A model generated the notes under the pieces. The model saw nothing but the letters and a program-made list of their open reading frames with translations. It did not search any database and was not told the origin of the DNA. 64,000 nucleotides of DNA from Mytilus trossulus (taxonomy: Eukaryota). Location of the stretch: assembly GCF_036588685.1 (NCBI RefSeq), contig NC_086386.1, forward strand, positions 40,486,001 to 40,550,000. The letters run 5' to 3'. Of the stretch, positions 26,614 through 39,211 are shown one piece after another (the first letter of the stretch is position 1; each line of letters begins with the position of its first letter). The position numbers and the translations under genes are program-made.

Positions 26614-27949
26614 CTGTGAACGCACTTTAATTCGTGGGTATCAATTTTCGTGGTTTGAGCAATATTTACATGTTCGTGATTTTTTAAATTCGTGGATTTT
26701 AGTTTTATAAAAACAAAATTGAAAAATTAACGCCTTTATAAACGAAGGTTACAAATAGTCTGGTTTGACGGAAATTGCAAAGTAAACATTGAATCGTATA
26801 AATCGTTGTGACAACACTAATTAAGGGCATACGATACAGTTTTGATCCTGTATTTACAAGTTCATGAAAATTTGCATATAGGTTATTTTTTGCCTGATTA
26901 AATCAAATATGTAATAAAAAATATACCTTCATGTGCTACTTTTTGAGTAAAATTAGGTCGAAATTTTGTTCATTTGCTCAAAATTCAGATTTGTGGCCGT
27001 AGTTTCTTTTTCGAAAGAAGGACATAACTCTTTTGTTATAAAAGATAAACACAAGTAATTTTTTGTTAAATAATCGGTTATTCCTATGTTTTATAAATAT
27101 CCTTAAAAAATATGCAATTTTTTTATTCAGAAATAACTCATATTTATAAAATGTTCATGACTTGAGGAAAAAAACGTCATTTTTACTGCATGTTTATCAA
27201 AATTAAAAAAAATCCTCTATTTACAGTTTTATAGAATTTGGGTCACATAATCTCCCTGCAAAATGAAACAAAATGCCGTTTTGAAAAATAGGGGTCCATG
27301 AACTCGTTTTCAAATTAAATCAGTTTGAATGATAAAAATCAGTCGAAAAAGGCATCTTTTCCCGGTATATCACAGTTTGACGTCGCGGAAATAACAAATT
27401 ACGTTAGCAACGTCATTGCCTTCTCTGTAACTGTATCGTATGCCTTTAACCCAAGATAAAGTGATTAACAGATTAAGGACCATCAAAGGTGTTAACTAGG
27501 CCATAAATATGTCACCTAAAGAAATCAGTATCATAAACACATGCTAAAAACATATCTCGTATTGTCAAATAATTCTAATCAAAATCAAGCCCAGCATGAA
27601 ATTATTATTTCCCGTATGTACGAGAACTATGAGGATACAAAATGAACACTTTATCATACTAGCATTCCGGAAATCGGACTTTCATCGAAAACAAATATTT
27701 TCATGAGAATTGAAAGATTCAAAGTTGTACAGTTTAATTATTAATTATAAAGATTAAATGGGTATAATACTGCCTGCATGCAGTTGTAGATTCGAGGTTA
27801 TTCAATATGTTCTCTAAAATATATCAGATCGTTCCATGTCTTGATTTGGACAATGGTTGTTTTATTTCGTTCGACACTTACATTCGTGGATAAAGGCATC
27901 CACGAAAACCACGAAAATTGGTACCCCACGAATAAAAGTACAGTCACAG
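26614..27949. mobile_element. TA-flanked MITE with ~40-bp imperfect TIRs (host of a nested insertion)
   Basis: TA|ctgtgaacgcactttaattcgtgggtatcaattttcgtgg ... ccacgaaaattggtaccccacgaataaaagtacagtcacag|TA. Confidence 0.7.
26825..27445. mobile_element. TTAA-flanked MITE with RR...YY termini (Kolobok-type), nested in the TA MITE
   Basis: TTAA|gggcatacgatacagtt ... aactgtatcgtatgcct|TTAA; 17-bp TIR with one terminal mismatch. Confidence 0.8.
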
Positions 27950-29529
27950 TAAGACAATACGTGGAACAACAAACGTCAAAATAATTTAATTGCGTAGAAC
28001 TTTTGGACTATTTTAAGTAAATCTCGGTCTATTTCTGTAATACTTTTGAGTTTTTTAACTTGTATGCTAGCATTGCCCATGTGAAATTTTAGAGTTGTTT
28101 GTATACACTTTTAACGACAAAAATATATGACGTATAAATTTTCTGACTTCACACAGTCACGCGAAATTGTTTCTTTTAAAATTGTTACACGATGATAACT
28201 GCTTTACCCATATTATGACTATTTTATTTATTATGTCTGTTTAGTGGACGCATCATTGTAAATATAACGGAATTCGATGATACTGTCGTACAAAGTGTGA
28301 GGTTAAGTGCTATTAGACCAGGTTTAATCCACCAATTTTAACATTTGAAAATGCCTGTATCAAGTCAAGAATATGTTGCTGTCCTTTCGTTTTTGATGTA
28401 TTTGTCATTCGATTTTGCCATTTGATTAAGGACTTGATTTTCCTCTTCAGTTTAGTATTTTTGGGATTTTACTTTTCCAATAATAAAGTGCACGTCAGAT
28501 AAATTTGAAAATGATAAAAATCGTGTCTTTATTACCCTATAAAAATTTTATGCTTCTTTTTGGTAATTTTATAAGTTTGTTAAAGCGTTGACTGTGCCTA
28601 CATTTTTAAATTGAACCGCGGAAATACAAAATGTACTTCGGTCAACTATTTTTCATCTCAATGAATTTACAAAATAAAGCAAGTTAATTCATCAGAGTAT
28701 TAAGTAAATGACAACAATGTTTTGGACAAAACACATATTGGAACAATAAATATTTGATGTTGTAATATGTTTTTCTCGACCGTAAAATTTAATTTGTTAT
28801 ATCAAATTGATGATTTGTTGTTACAGTATCAAATTGTATGATTGTCTCATAATAGTGATAAATTAAGAGATTGCATAACCTAATTTTGCGCATTTAGTGT
28901 ATTAATTTATTTGTATTTGACGTTCAGTGATAAATATCAAATGCATATTCAAAACTCAATTGAAAAGTTTCATGTTTCAAAACCTACCCATTTCTCTTGA
29001 TTTGAGGCAGGTTTTGGGACTAGTTCTTCTATTTTGGTATATCGGACCTGAGGTCTTAGAACGAACAAATATTAGGAGAAAAGGAGGCATATTTGAATAA
29101 TTCATATTGCATATTTTCAATCAAACAAAACGAAGAGTTATATTTAGATATTAGTGTTTCTATGCATAAAGGAACAGAGATAAGAAAAAAATCTTTAACT
29201 TCTTTAAAAAAAGAAAGGATTTATTAAACATCCTGCAATTCATCATTGCATTTGTCTTGAATGAATTTTTTTCGAAATATATATTTGATTTGGATTTTTT
29301 CATAAAAAAAAAAGAAACATGCGCGATATTTTGAATGATTGTGGACTTTTTATTTCTGTTGAACACATCAAATGTGTTTAACCTAATCAGCTTTATTACG
29401 CTGTATATAAAGGTTAAGGATTTCAGATCATGAGCAATTCAAAAAAAACATTTTGGTCTATTTCTAGTTTTTAATCTATGTCTAAATAGAGAAGGGAAAA
29501 AACTCCGATCCATGCACAAATAATTTGAC

Positions 29530-29775
29530 CTATCAAATTTCCTTTTTTGTTATATCAAATTAATAAATGGTTATATAAATAATCATTATCTTTTCTATCA
29601 AATTTATAATATGTTATATCAAGTTATCATACTATATTTCATCAAATTGAAAATATGTTATATCAAATAAATATTTTTTATATCAAATTAATAATTTGTA
29701 ATATCAAATTAATAATTTGTTATATCAAATTAATGATATGTTATATCAAATTAATTATTTGTTATATCAAATTGT
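29530..29775. repeat. ~21-bp minisatellite (ttatatcaaattaataatttg)n
   Basis: About 10 degenerate copies; two more near 28795-28840. Confidence 0.85.
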
Positions 29776-32700
29776 AAAAAGTAAATTATCATGGCTTTAA
29801 AAGGCTTCCATAGAAAATGCGTTTTCCGAAAATCAAAAACCTAATAAATTCATGTTAATCAATTCTAGATAATACTGACGGATGTTATCAGGTCACATTG
29901 TTAAATCACATGGTAGCTAACTTCCTGATTAAACAGATCTTCAGGTATACGTACACACTTTTTTCAATTAATATTATAACTTATTTTTTTGACTAATGTT
30001 ATAACATCTAGCGATCTTAAAAAGTATACTAAGCTAGATATATGACTTTGTTTATTCCAAGGGTCAAGTACCCAAAGTAACAGAAAAACAGCAAATGTAA
30101 AGACAAACAACACACATTTTTGTTTGTACTCAAATGTAAATTTTGTGGTTTAGACACGGTCAAATATTTCAATTTCTTCTGTCGAACACTTATCTTGCTG
30201 TTACATCTAATACAACTTATCATCAAAATTATGTTATGAAATGTCCATATGCTTTTAAAACTGATTTGATCAACATTTTACACATTTCTAGTTTTACCTT
30301 CTTTGGTATGGTTAACAAACACCAAATTTAAATGTAGTTTAGCCATGGCGTTGTAAGTTTATTTTCGATTTATGAATTTGACTGCTCCTCCCTTATCTTT
30401 CGCCTCTCTTGTATTTTATTTCATTTGGGAAAAAAAACAATCAACAAAAAGGTGGACATATTCAATCTTCAAACAAATCTAAACTGACACTATGTCTTCC
30501 TTGTGAGACGTATATCGTAGGTGTTATGCAATAGCAATTACCTGTTTCAGATATTCGTGATGTTATCGATATCAGGCAAGGCTCCAAGGGATATATCGAA
30601 CCCCTAATCATTACAACATCATGCAACCGATTTCAGTCAAGGTTTCAAATATTTCGCTATGTCACACAATAATCCTTTACTTGAAGTTGCAGTGTAAAAT
30701 AGAGAGTAAACGAAATGGATTTTTTTGTATATAAAACATATATCTCAACCACTTTAATAGATTGAGTTAACAGGAATGTAATATTTAAAAACCAATTGAT
30801 ATTCTCTGTATAGCATATACCTAGCATATATGATTATTTCAGCGAATGTGTAACAGAAAGAAGTAGACTAGCCGTCAATTCACACCAAGGCTGATAACCA
30901 ATGTCAGCCTTTTTGACGTCCCTTGGTCGGGTTGATATTTGGTTGTTACCCCGGGAGCGTTCGTGCATCGGAATTATATTATAAAAAGACGAATACATGC
31001 CCTCTTCCATATTGGGCTAGGTATCCAGAGACGTTATCAACATGATCAAGGGATGACACATTAGCGATTTAGTATTGACCTTTTTTATTTCAAATTCGAT
31101 TTAATATCGAACAAGAGTATAAGTTAAAGTTCAACAAAAATCTGCTTGGTCAGATCAGCCCTAGTCTATTTGTTAAAATTTAGAACAACAATAATATTGT
31201 TTGATTTTGATTTTCAGAAGGGAGTACATGTAACATTTTGCAGTGTTCGAAAGAATTGCAATTATTTAAAATGTTTGGTCGACTTTATTTATAATCATAA
31301 AATCAAAATATTTACTACTTTTGTTAAATGCAAACATGACTATCTATATGTACATGCTTTGGTTTTGGTTTGTGACCCGGATTTGTCATAGTAAATAAAT
31401 TCTATCGATTTATGAGTTTTGAACATCAGTATACTACTATTGCCTTTATTTGGCGTAAGTGTTGTTCAAGATTATGACATTTGCTTCTACATTAGACAAC
31501 AGGTGGTCATATTGTTGTGGGCAGTTAATTTAAATTTAATATGATTGCTTTAATTAATCTAACGTTAAGTATATGAGACCAAAAGTAATGGTTACTGTTT
31601 AGACCAATTTTATTTGTGGCTTTGAGCTTTCTAAATGTATGTGCCTCTCATAAACAAAATTCTTTCTAAATGAAAATCACGTTCGTACTTGTATAAAAAG
31701 AATGTCTCTAATAAGATAGTTCAGGTTGTAACTTGGCGCTGAATAAAAACAGTTCCTCTTAGCCATTGAGTTTAATAGTGCAACATACATGACATTATAT
31801 ATCTTCTTTAAATAGATTTTGCGTTAAGGAAAACGTGTTTTTCACCCAAAAAAAATGGCATTCATTTGAGGATTTCTGTGCTAATCTTCTTGCTGACTTC
31901 AGAATTGATAAGAAATTTTAAACTGAAAGCATCCCTTTGAAAGTGTAACGGACGCCTCCTTAAATTAATTGATTTTTATTACATATCACAGACGACTGCT
32001 CATATCTTGTTTTTTTTTCTTTGAAACAATCCTTTGCTGCAGGTTCATTCTCGATTGTTTACACAACCGAATCTATATACTCTATGAACAAAACGAACGG
32101 TTTTGTCATTCATCTACTTCTGATTATAAGTGTTTTTGTGTTGCTTAGTATTATATTTTCTATCTAGTATTATGTTGAATTTAGTTTGTCTTTCGTCATT
32201 ATTTTTTAATTGTATTGCCGTGGTATTGTCGTTTTTTTTTCGATAATTTTTTGTCTATTTCCTATCTTCTACCCATTCGTATTAAATATTTATTTTTGAG
32301 TCTTTTATATAACTGATAATGTTTTCATGGTAAGACCACACACTGTTCATCTTAATGGGACCCGAAATGAATATCAAATTGTTTTGCTGTTCAAGGTATG
32401 TGCAAAAATAACATGATTACTTTTCCAGCAATTGAATTTAAATACACTTATAATTTATAATACGGGAATATAAAATTGGGTATACTTAATTATAAAGACT
32501 AAAAAGAGTAAAATAGGAGTATCTTTTAGTTGATATTACAGTATTTTGAAGTACCACATCGCATGTTCGATCTTTGTCCAGTACAATGGCAATGATAATT
32601 TTGTTACGAAGACAATGTTTACTGGCTAAACTTTTTTTAATTTTAAATGTTGAAATATTGCTCGTGTTCGTTGGAAAAAAACCTAAAAGACGGCTTTTGT

Positions 32701-33008
32701 ATTGGAAGAAAAGGGCGGTATTGGTTATGCGTGTTATTTCCCAAGTCATATTTTAAATGAATGTGATGATTTCAATTTGATTCAATAAAGTCCGTTCAAA
32801 AATTGAAAGACTAAGAGGCTTAGCACATAATCATCTAATTTTGCCGAAGTTAATTTTGAGTCATGCCTTCTTGTACGCATGGAACTAGTTTTATATTATT
32901 TTCTTCATTTGCAAAACGTTAAAGGAATGTGTATCTGACTCGCAACTAAATTGTTATCTTAATTATTGAAAAATACAGCTCTTAATTTATGCTATGTTTT
33001 ATTTCAGA

Positions 33009-34709
33009 ATGTCAAACCATTCGAAAAGTTGTAACATATGTGACGATAGACATATAACAAAACAAGCAACCCATTGGTGTTCAGAATGTGAACAAGCTTT
33101 TTGCAACGAATGCAAAGAATATCACGCATATTCAAGGTTATCCAAAAACCATACAACAATTTCGATGTCAGATTTTTTATCACTAGAGCCATCATTTTCC
33201 TCTATAACAAGTGTATGTGCTGAACATAATGACATTTATCAAATCTTTTGTCGTACCCATGATAAGCTTCTTTGCCATAATTGCTTAGCAAACCATGATG
33301 GGTGTAAGGGCATAGTTCCGCTGACTGAGATTACCAAAACTGTGAAATCATCATCCAATTTCCAAGAAACGCAACATGGTTTAACTGATATACATGAAAA
33401 CATAACTAAAATTCAGGATGCGTTTCTATTGTCTTTAAAATCGATAAAAGAGGAAGAACTTATACTTTTGTCAGAGATTGGTACGACAAGGAAGAAAATA
33501 GATGACCATTTAGACAAGCTCGAACACGACCTCAGAAAAAAAGTTTCAGAAGAAGCAGCCAAATCACGCGCAGCCATTGAAGTATTGTTACAGAAACTTG
33601 ATGATCGAAAATCGGAAATTACAAATCACTTGCAGCAAATGAAATATTTAGAAACTTACGCATCCAATTTTCAAACCTATCTTAGCCTCAGGCACCTTTC
33701 ATCTGCTGTCGATTCTGCTGAATTATTTGTTAACTCGATGGCTAACGATGGAAGTTTAGAAATAAATACATTAATTTTGAATTTTGATAAAAAGATAAAG
33801 ATAATAGTAAGCAATATACAGCAGTTCGGTATAGTACAGGTTCAGAAAAAGACGTTCAGCGTGCCACTTATACGACAGAAGGACAAACAAGCTCAGCTAG
33901 TCGGATTAGGACGACCACATGTTAAGTCGATAAATGACATTAAGCTTAGATTATTTAAAACGATTGAAACAACATGCCGAGCTATAAGAGGTTGTGAAAT
34001 CCTTCCAAATGAGAACATGCTCTTTAGCAATTATACCCTGACAGGCCGCGTACTTGTTTTTGATTCTAATGGAAAACGTTTGTTCGATGACTTAATGAAA
34101 CCTGATAGACCGTGTTTAGATATTACAGGTATGGGTGATAATTCGAAAGTAGCAATTACTTGTGGTTTCGTTCATGGTATAGAAATTGTAGATATTAGTA
34201 AATCTAAATTAAAACTACAAAAACGCATACCGACTAAAAACGGTTGCTTTGGAGTGGCATTTAATGATGATTCCTTATTTTGCTGTATTCACAAAGAGGG
34301 TATACAGAAAATTAATTTAGACAACTACAGTTTATCGCCCATTGTCAAATTTGATTTGACGTTCGGATACATCGCTGTAAACAACAACAAGATTTATTAC
34401 ACTGACCGCGACAAAAATACTGTTACGTGCTATGACATGCAAGGTCAATTATTGTGGAAATGTAAAGATGACACTTATTTGAAAGCCCCATGTAATATAT
34501 CAGTCGATAACAACGAATTTGTATACGTTGTAAGCGAGGAAAAGAATAGTATTACAGTTTTGTCACCTGATGGACAGGATAAAAGAATGTTGTTGACAAA
34601 TTCTGAAGGAGAAAACTTACCTCGTGCTTTACATTTTGACAGACTTAGAAATCGTCTACTTGTTGCTTTTGAAGAAGCAACAACATTTTTGTTTGACGTT
34701 TCGGTATAA
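33009..34709 (+). CDS. RING-less TRIM-like protein: B-box1, B-box2, coiled coil, NHL-type 6-bladed beta-propeller (566 aa, single coding exon)
   Basis: B-box1 CNIC...ATHWCSECEQAFCNECKEYH...H and B-box2 CAEH...FCRTHDKLLCHNCLANH, then a helical coiled-coil region and NHL-like repeats (KIYYTDRDKNTVTCYDMQG, PCNISVDNNEFVYVV, PRALHFD). An acceptor tttcag directly precedes the ATG at 33009, implying a non-coding upstream exon; the ORF-track start at 32994 is probably intronic. Confidence 0.92.
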   Translation: MSNHSKSCNICDDRHITKQATHWCSECEQAFCNECKEYHAYSRLSKNHTTISMSDFLSLEPSFSSITSVCAEHNDIYQIFCRTHDKLLCHNCLANHDGCKGIVPLTEITKTVKSSSNFQETQHGLTDIHENITKIQDAFLLSLKSIKEEELILLSEIGTTRKKIDDHLDKLEHDLRKKVSEEAAKSRAAIEVLLQKLDDRKSEITNHLQQMKYLETYASNFQTYLSLRHLSSAVDSAELFVNSMANDGSLEINTLILNFDKKIKIIVSNIQQFGIVQVQKKTFSVPLIRQKDKQAQLVGLGRPHVKSINDIKLRLFKTIETTCRAIRGCEILPNENMLFSNYTLTGRVLVFDSNGKRLFDDLMKPDRPCLDITGMGDNSKVAITCGFVHGIEIVDISKSKLKLQKRIPTKNGCFGVAFNDDSLFCCIHKEGIQKINLDNYSLSPIVKFDLTFGYIAVNNNKIYYTDRDKNTVTCYDMQGQLLWKCKDDTYLKAPCNISVDNNEFVYVVSEEKNSITVLSPDGQDKRMLLTNSEGENLPRALHFDRLRNRLLVAFEEATTFLFDVSV

Positions 34710-35254
34710 CAAAGAAAACGTTAAAACAAATAGCACTATCATGGACGAAGGGGTCGATCTGTTTAGTGTCTTTTGTGTGTTTTGTGTTTTGTTCTGTCGG
34801 ACCACTCTTGCATATACAAAGAAGAGGTTTGGGGAGCTGAAAAACTTGTTTAAACCCGCTTGTCATTCTGTAGTGGTCATGTGTTTTTATTCATAGTATT
34901 ACTTTTTTGTTTATTGCTGTGTACATACATCACATCGTTAATTAGTTATCTCGTTTGATTGCTTAACATTTTTATATCAAGGCTTTTTGTAACTTGTAAT
35001 TGCTAGTAAATATAGGGTTTGGGATTTTCTAATTATTGTAGTACGTTGACAAATTGAAATCATTGAATATGTATGGCCTCATCGGTGGGTTAAATGAGAA
35101 ACCCCTTGTTGAGTTTTCAAACGATCAAGTCCTTTCCTCGTTTGCATTTCTGTGTATTCATATGGTCAAAGCTACCATTATATTGCTCCTAAATGTTACG
35201 AAACTTAACGCGTTAGAGAGGTTTTGAATTATAGAATTGATTAAAATCTTAGAA

Positions 35255-35692
35255 AAATTTGATTATTTTCTTGATAGAGAGTTGCTGCTCACAAGGAAGC
35301 TATTAAACCAAGAGTTCCAATTGGTGAAGTTGAAGTTTTACAAACGCCATTACAAGTTGTTTGACGGTTATGGAATAACCGTTTCACAAATTATATCGGC
35401 TATGTTCCTTACGTCAATCCCTTTTCCTTTCATGAATGTGTCCTACCGATTTAGGCTATTTACCGGATTTGTTATAACATAAGCAACACGAAGGGTGCAA
35501 CATGCGGAGCATGATCTGTTTAATCTTCCGGAGCACCTGAAATCACCCCTAGATGGGATTAGTGTTGTTTATTCTTTAGTTTTCTATGTTGTGTGTACTA
35601 TTGTTTGTTTGTCTGTCTTTTTCATTTCTAGCCTTGGCGTTGTCGTTTTGTTTTCGATTTATGATATCTTTCGTCCCTCTTTTAAAAAAAAT
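35255..35692 (+). mobile_element. Penelope-like retroelement 3' fragment (RT C-terminus plus 3' tail)
   Basis: FLDRELLLTRKLLNQEFQLVKLKFYKRHYKLFDGYGITVSQ, followed by a tail (ccggagcacctg...atctttcgtccctctttt) that recurs alone at about 3045-3290, 10655-10900, 30340-30410, 43800-44020 and 50715-50800. Confidence 0.65.
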
Positions 35693-36289
35693 TGAAGGAT
35701 TCTTTTTTCTTATTTCCTTTTAGAGCGTTCTGAATGAATTATGCTTCATATGAGTACCTAATCAAATCGGTCAGTAGGGTGCACAATAAGTATACATTGG
35801 ATACCAACAGTCTGTTAAAATATCAATCTTCAAAACTCAACACATATGTTGTCGATCGAAAAAACAATCAGTTTGATAATATAATCCTCATTATATTTTC
35901 TGGTAGATTCAGTGTGGTTGTTCACAATATATGACCTATTGTAGCACAAAAACAAAAACAAATGTATTTATTTTTTATTTTTTATAGAAAAAAGCTCTAT
36001 TAAATGAGTTGTAATGTAAAGCGTGGAAAAGTCAAAAGTCTTCATGCTTCTGCAAAAATGCAAAGAGTGTGATAGAAGATTGATTATTTATAAGCAGTAG
36101 ATATTTCTATATTTTAAAATCCGTATCTGGTTAACATCACTAGTATAATATATATCATCACAATATTTTTGAAGCCCATCTTCATTTGTACAAAGAACAG
36201 TAGTCAGTTTTAGAAAGATCTTGAAACGAGCATTTTGATCACCTAGCTATGTATCGTTCTTTATCTTGAGTTGAGTGAAGTTTTAGTAT

Positions 36290-36810
36290 CCAGTATGTAC
36301 ATTTTTTTCGTTTTTCTTTGATGTTCATACAAAAAGAAAGAGCAGAATTGTGATGTTGTAAAAGAATATGCAGGGTTATAACTTGTTTTATTTATTCCAA
36401 GCTCTGTTTTTAGACATTGCAAATAATTGTTTTCAAATAAAAAGACAATTATATCGTAAGCTTTATCTGCTGGAACCGCGTAATATCTCTCATGCAAACA
36501 GTATAAAACATCCACAACCTCCGGATTCTTGAAAGGGTTATTTACTCTTGTGCTCATAGTACATCGTAGTTTCTGAATGCGCTTCTGAATGACTTTGATC
36601 TATTTAGACAAAGTGTCCAGTTCTGGTTCGTCTTGTTCGCGCTTTACCAGTTTTCTTGCAACCTCAACTGCGTCCATCAAAACATGAAGTTCTTTTTCCA
36701 GTTGATGGGCTGGGGGATTTAATATTTTGATCCCTTGGCTAACAACTCATTAAGTTGGTTTAAGTCCTCTCTACATTGGTAACGATGCCAAGGGAGCCAG
36801 TAATAACATA
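36290..36810 (-). mobile_element. Degenerate Penelope-like retroelement fragment (region upstream of the RT core)
   Basis: Minus strand reads NPFKNPEVVDVLYCLHERYYAVPADKAYDIIVF...YLQCLKTELGI (VPADKA.N.IVF-type motif), preceded by a frameshifted KGSKY..P..INWKKN-like segment. Confidence 0.6.
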
Positions 36811-38004
36811 ATAATACAATTAAGGATATAATTACAAACACAATTATATATCTATATTATTAGTCTTGTAATGGTTATAAAATACATCAAATAACATCAT
36901 TACAAACCTAATCTTGATTTATACAAAAAAATTCAAAATTCCCATGGGCGTTTTGCGTACAAGATGGCTCTTATAGTCCGAAAAAAAACTTCAAAGGGGC
37001 CATCAAATGTATATTACTGTTGTTTTTGGCTTCTTCATGCTTTAAAAAGTATAAAGCAGTTGAAAAAACTCTTTTGTTTACAACTTTAAACTTTATAGCT
37101 GCACTTACAAAATTACAATTTGGGAGCTTTCATGCAGTAAATCCCCCGCAAATAGTGAAATTGGCAGGATCGAATTAAATTCATATTTTTTAGAAACTTA
37201 TCTGTGACGTCACGTTTTGGGGCGTTGATATTTTCGTGTGACCCACATCTTGTAGTTTTATTATGCTGTGTTTGTGTACTGATCTAAATAATTTTAGGTA
37301 TTCGTTGTAATTCTGTAATTAACATGTCGTTTTGTTCTTTGATACTATTTATTTATGTTCTGATTGTTCTTGTATTTATTTGTACTGTATTCCTGTCATG
37401 TCATGTTGATATTGTAGCTGCTAAATTAACATTGCCATAAACTGCGAGATTTGGCAAGTCATTAATCCAGGTTCAACCCTCCATTTTTTCTTAAAATCTG
37501 CTAAACCAAGTCAGAAATCTGATATTTGTTTTCTAATAGTTCGTTTCTATGAATTTTGCAATGTCTTTTGTTTTTGTTGCATTTCAATGTTTATGTTGTT
37601 TGGTCGTTTTCCTCTTAAAACTGATGAGGTTTCCTCGGGTTTACTTTGTAACCAAGGATTTTTTTTCTTTCAATCAATATATGACTTTAAAACAGCGGTA
37701 TACAACTGTTCCCTATCTTTACTAGATCTTATCACCAAGACATCATTTGTATGTATTAATCAATGTGAAGACAGCTTAAGCATTCAGGCATTTCAGCTCT
37801 CAACTTTTATGGTAACATTCTATATAAAGAACAAAAATGTAGTCATTTATTCATCCACGCTAACAAAACTTTCATATTATCAGGTATGAGATGTGCATGA
37901 TTTCTTTCTATTTCATTTGGATACGATTTCGTGTCATTAGTGATTATTTAAACAAAATTATCAAACAATGTTTGTTTACTCATGCATCTTATGGTTACTT
38001 ACAC

Positions 38005-39085
38005 CCTGGTCACACAGAACCAACATCTATTCAGCTCCACGACATGAAAATCAGTCGAATCGCGGGTCATTTGTGATCGTCGTACGACAGTCGCACGATA
38101 TTTTGAGCATTGTGGCGATGTCGTGTATCGTGGAACGAAAATTGGACATGCACCTTTTTTGTTCTACTATTTTTTATCGTGTTACTGTCTTGTAACTGTC
38201 TCGAGAGCATCTTACCACAGTCTTGCGACTGTTTTGCGATTAAAAACATTGTCGTGGGTACCAACATAAACAGTTTTAATAAAAACAATCGTACGACTGT
38301 CGTACAACAATCTCACGAATGTCACAAGACATTCGTGATACAGTCGCACGATTGTCTCACGAATACTAAATTTCGTACGAAACAACATTGATTGTCTGTC
38401 CTACGGTAGTGGTACATTCGTCGTGCAACATATTTTACCTTTATTTAGAAGAAGATAACTCTTAGGGAGAAAAAGATGGTTCTTCCACCAGAACGATAAC
38501 GGTTGGTCCTACTGAATAGGCACCCTGCCGGACTCAAAAAAGAATATGGTCTTGTTAGCTTTGATTGGAGCCCTGGACAGTGTAGCAACCAGCGATACGC
38601 CAAAAATTGGTGGATCATGCCATGAATCGAACGGTTTAAACTCGCTGAAGAATTATAATATAAACTAATAGGAAAAAGTCGTTTACTTGGACTGAACTTT
38701 ATTGAAAACAAATGGCAAATGGCACGCAAAATATCGGGCCTTCTTTATATACTAATAGTTCGAAGTCAAAAATGCTAATGACCAACGACTGTTGTCAGAC
38801 AAATTACGATAGTGGCGCGACAATAACAAGACAGTAACACGCGCATCCAATAACATGTAAACCTGGAAAATAGCCCCAAACAACTCACGAGTGCCGTACG
38901 ACTGTCGCACGATCGACTTGCGACAAACCCACGACAGTACAATTACATTTTTTTCTGTCGCGTACCCATAGTGAAACCGTCGTGGACATGTTGAAGCTGA
39001 TATGACCACTTAAAATATTTTTAACATTTTGCACGACAGTGCCACGACAACGTTTTTATAGACCTCCCACGACAATCACAGTTCA
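38005..39085. mobile_element. Degenerate MITE-like repeat rich in ACGAC/GTCGT motifs
   Basis: CpG-rich island of repeated cacgac/gtcgt/gtcgcacga motifs in both orientations at each end, around a unique middle. Termini not resolved. Confidence 0.45.
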
Positions 39086-39167
39086 AAATCGGTATAGTTA
39101 TTTGCCCAAATCCAGATTTGCAATTTAGTGGTCATAGTTATCAAACGTACCAGGATTATAATTTAGT

Positions 39168-39211
39168 ACACTAGACGCGCGTTTCGTCTACATAAAACTC
39201 ATCAGTGACGC
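39168..39211 (-). ncRNA. Type I minimal hammerhead ribozyme (core intact, stem I weakened)
   Basis: Minus strand reads GCGUCA-CUGAUGA-GUUU(UAUGU)AGAC-GAAA-CGCGCG-UC^UAGUGU. Same flanking repeat (gtaccaggattataattt) as the 12174 copy. Confidence 0.7.

Noticed and set aside
29530-29775. CRISPR-like array
   Set aside because: Head-to-tail 21-bp units without unique spacers in eukaryotic DNA; an ordinary minisatellite.
30900-31030. TGACGTC and TATAAAA motifs as the TRIM-like gene promoter
   Set aside because: Plausible, but short motifs are frequent in AT-rich DNA and no first exon could be tied to them.
37891-39009. Cluster of overlapping 60-95 aa ORFs
   Set aside because: Arises from the higher GC content of a motif-rich repeat; no recognisable domain or splice structure.
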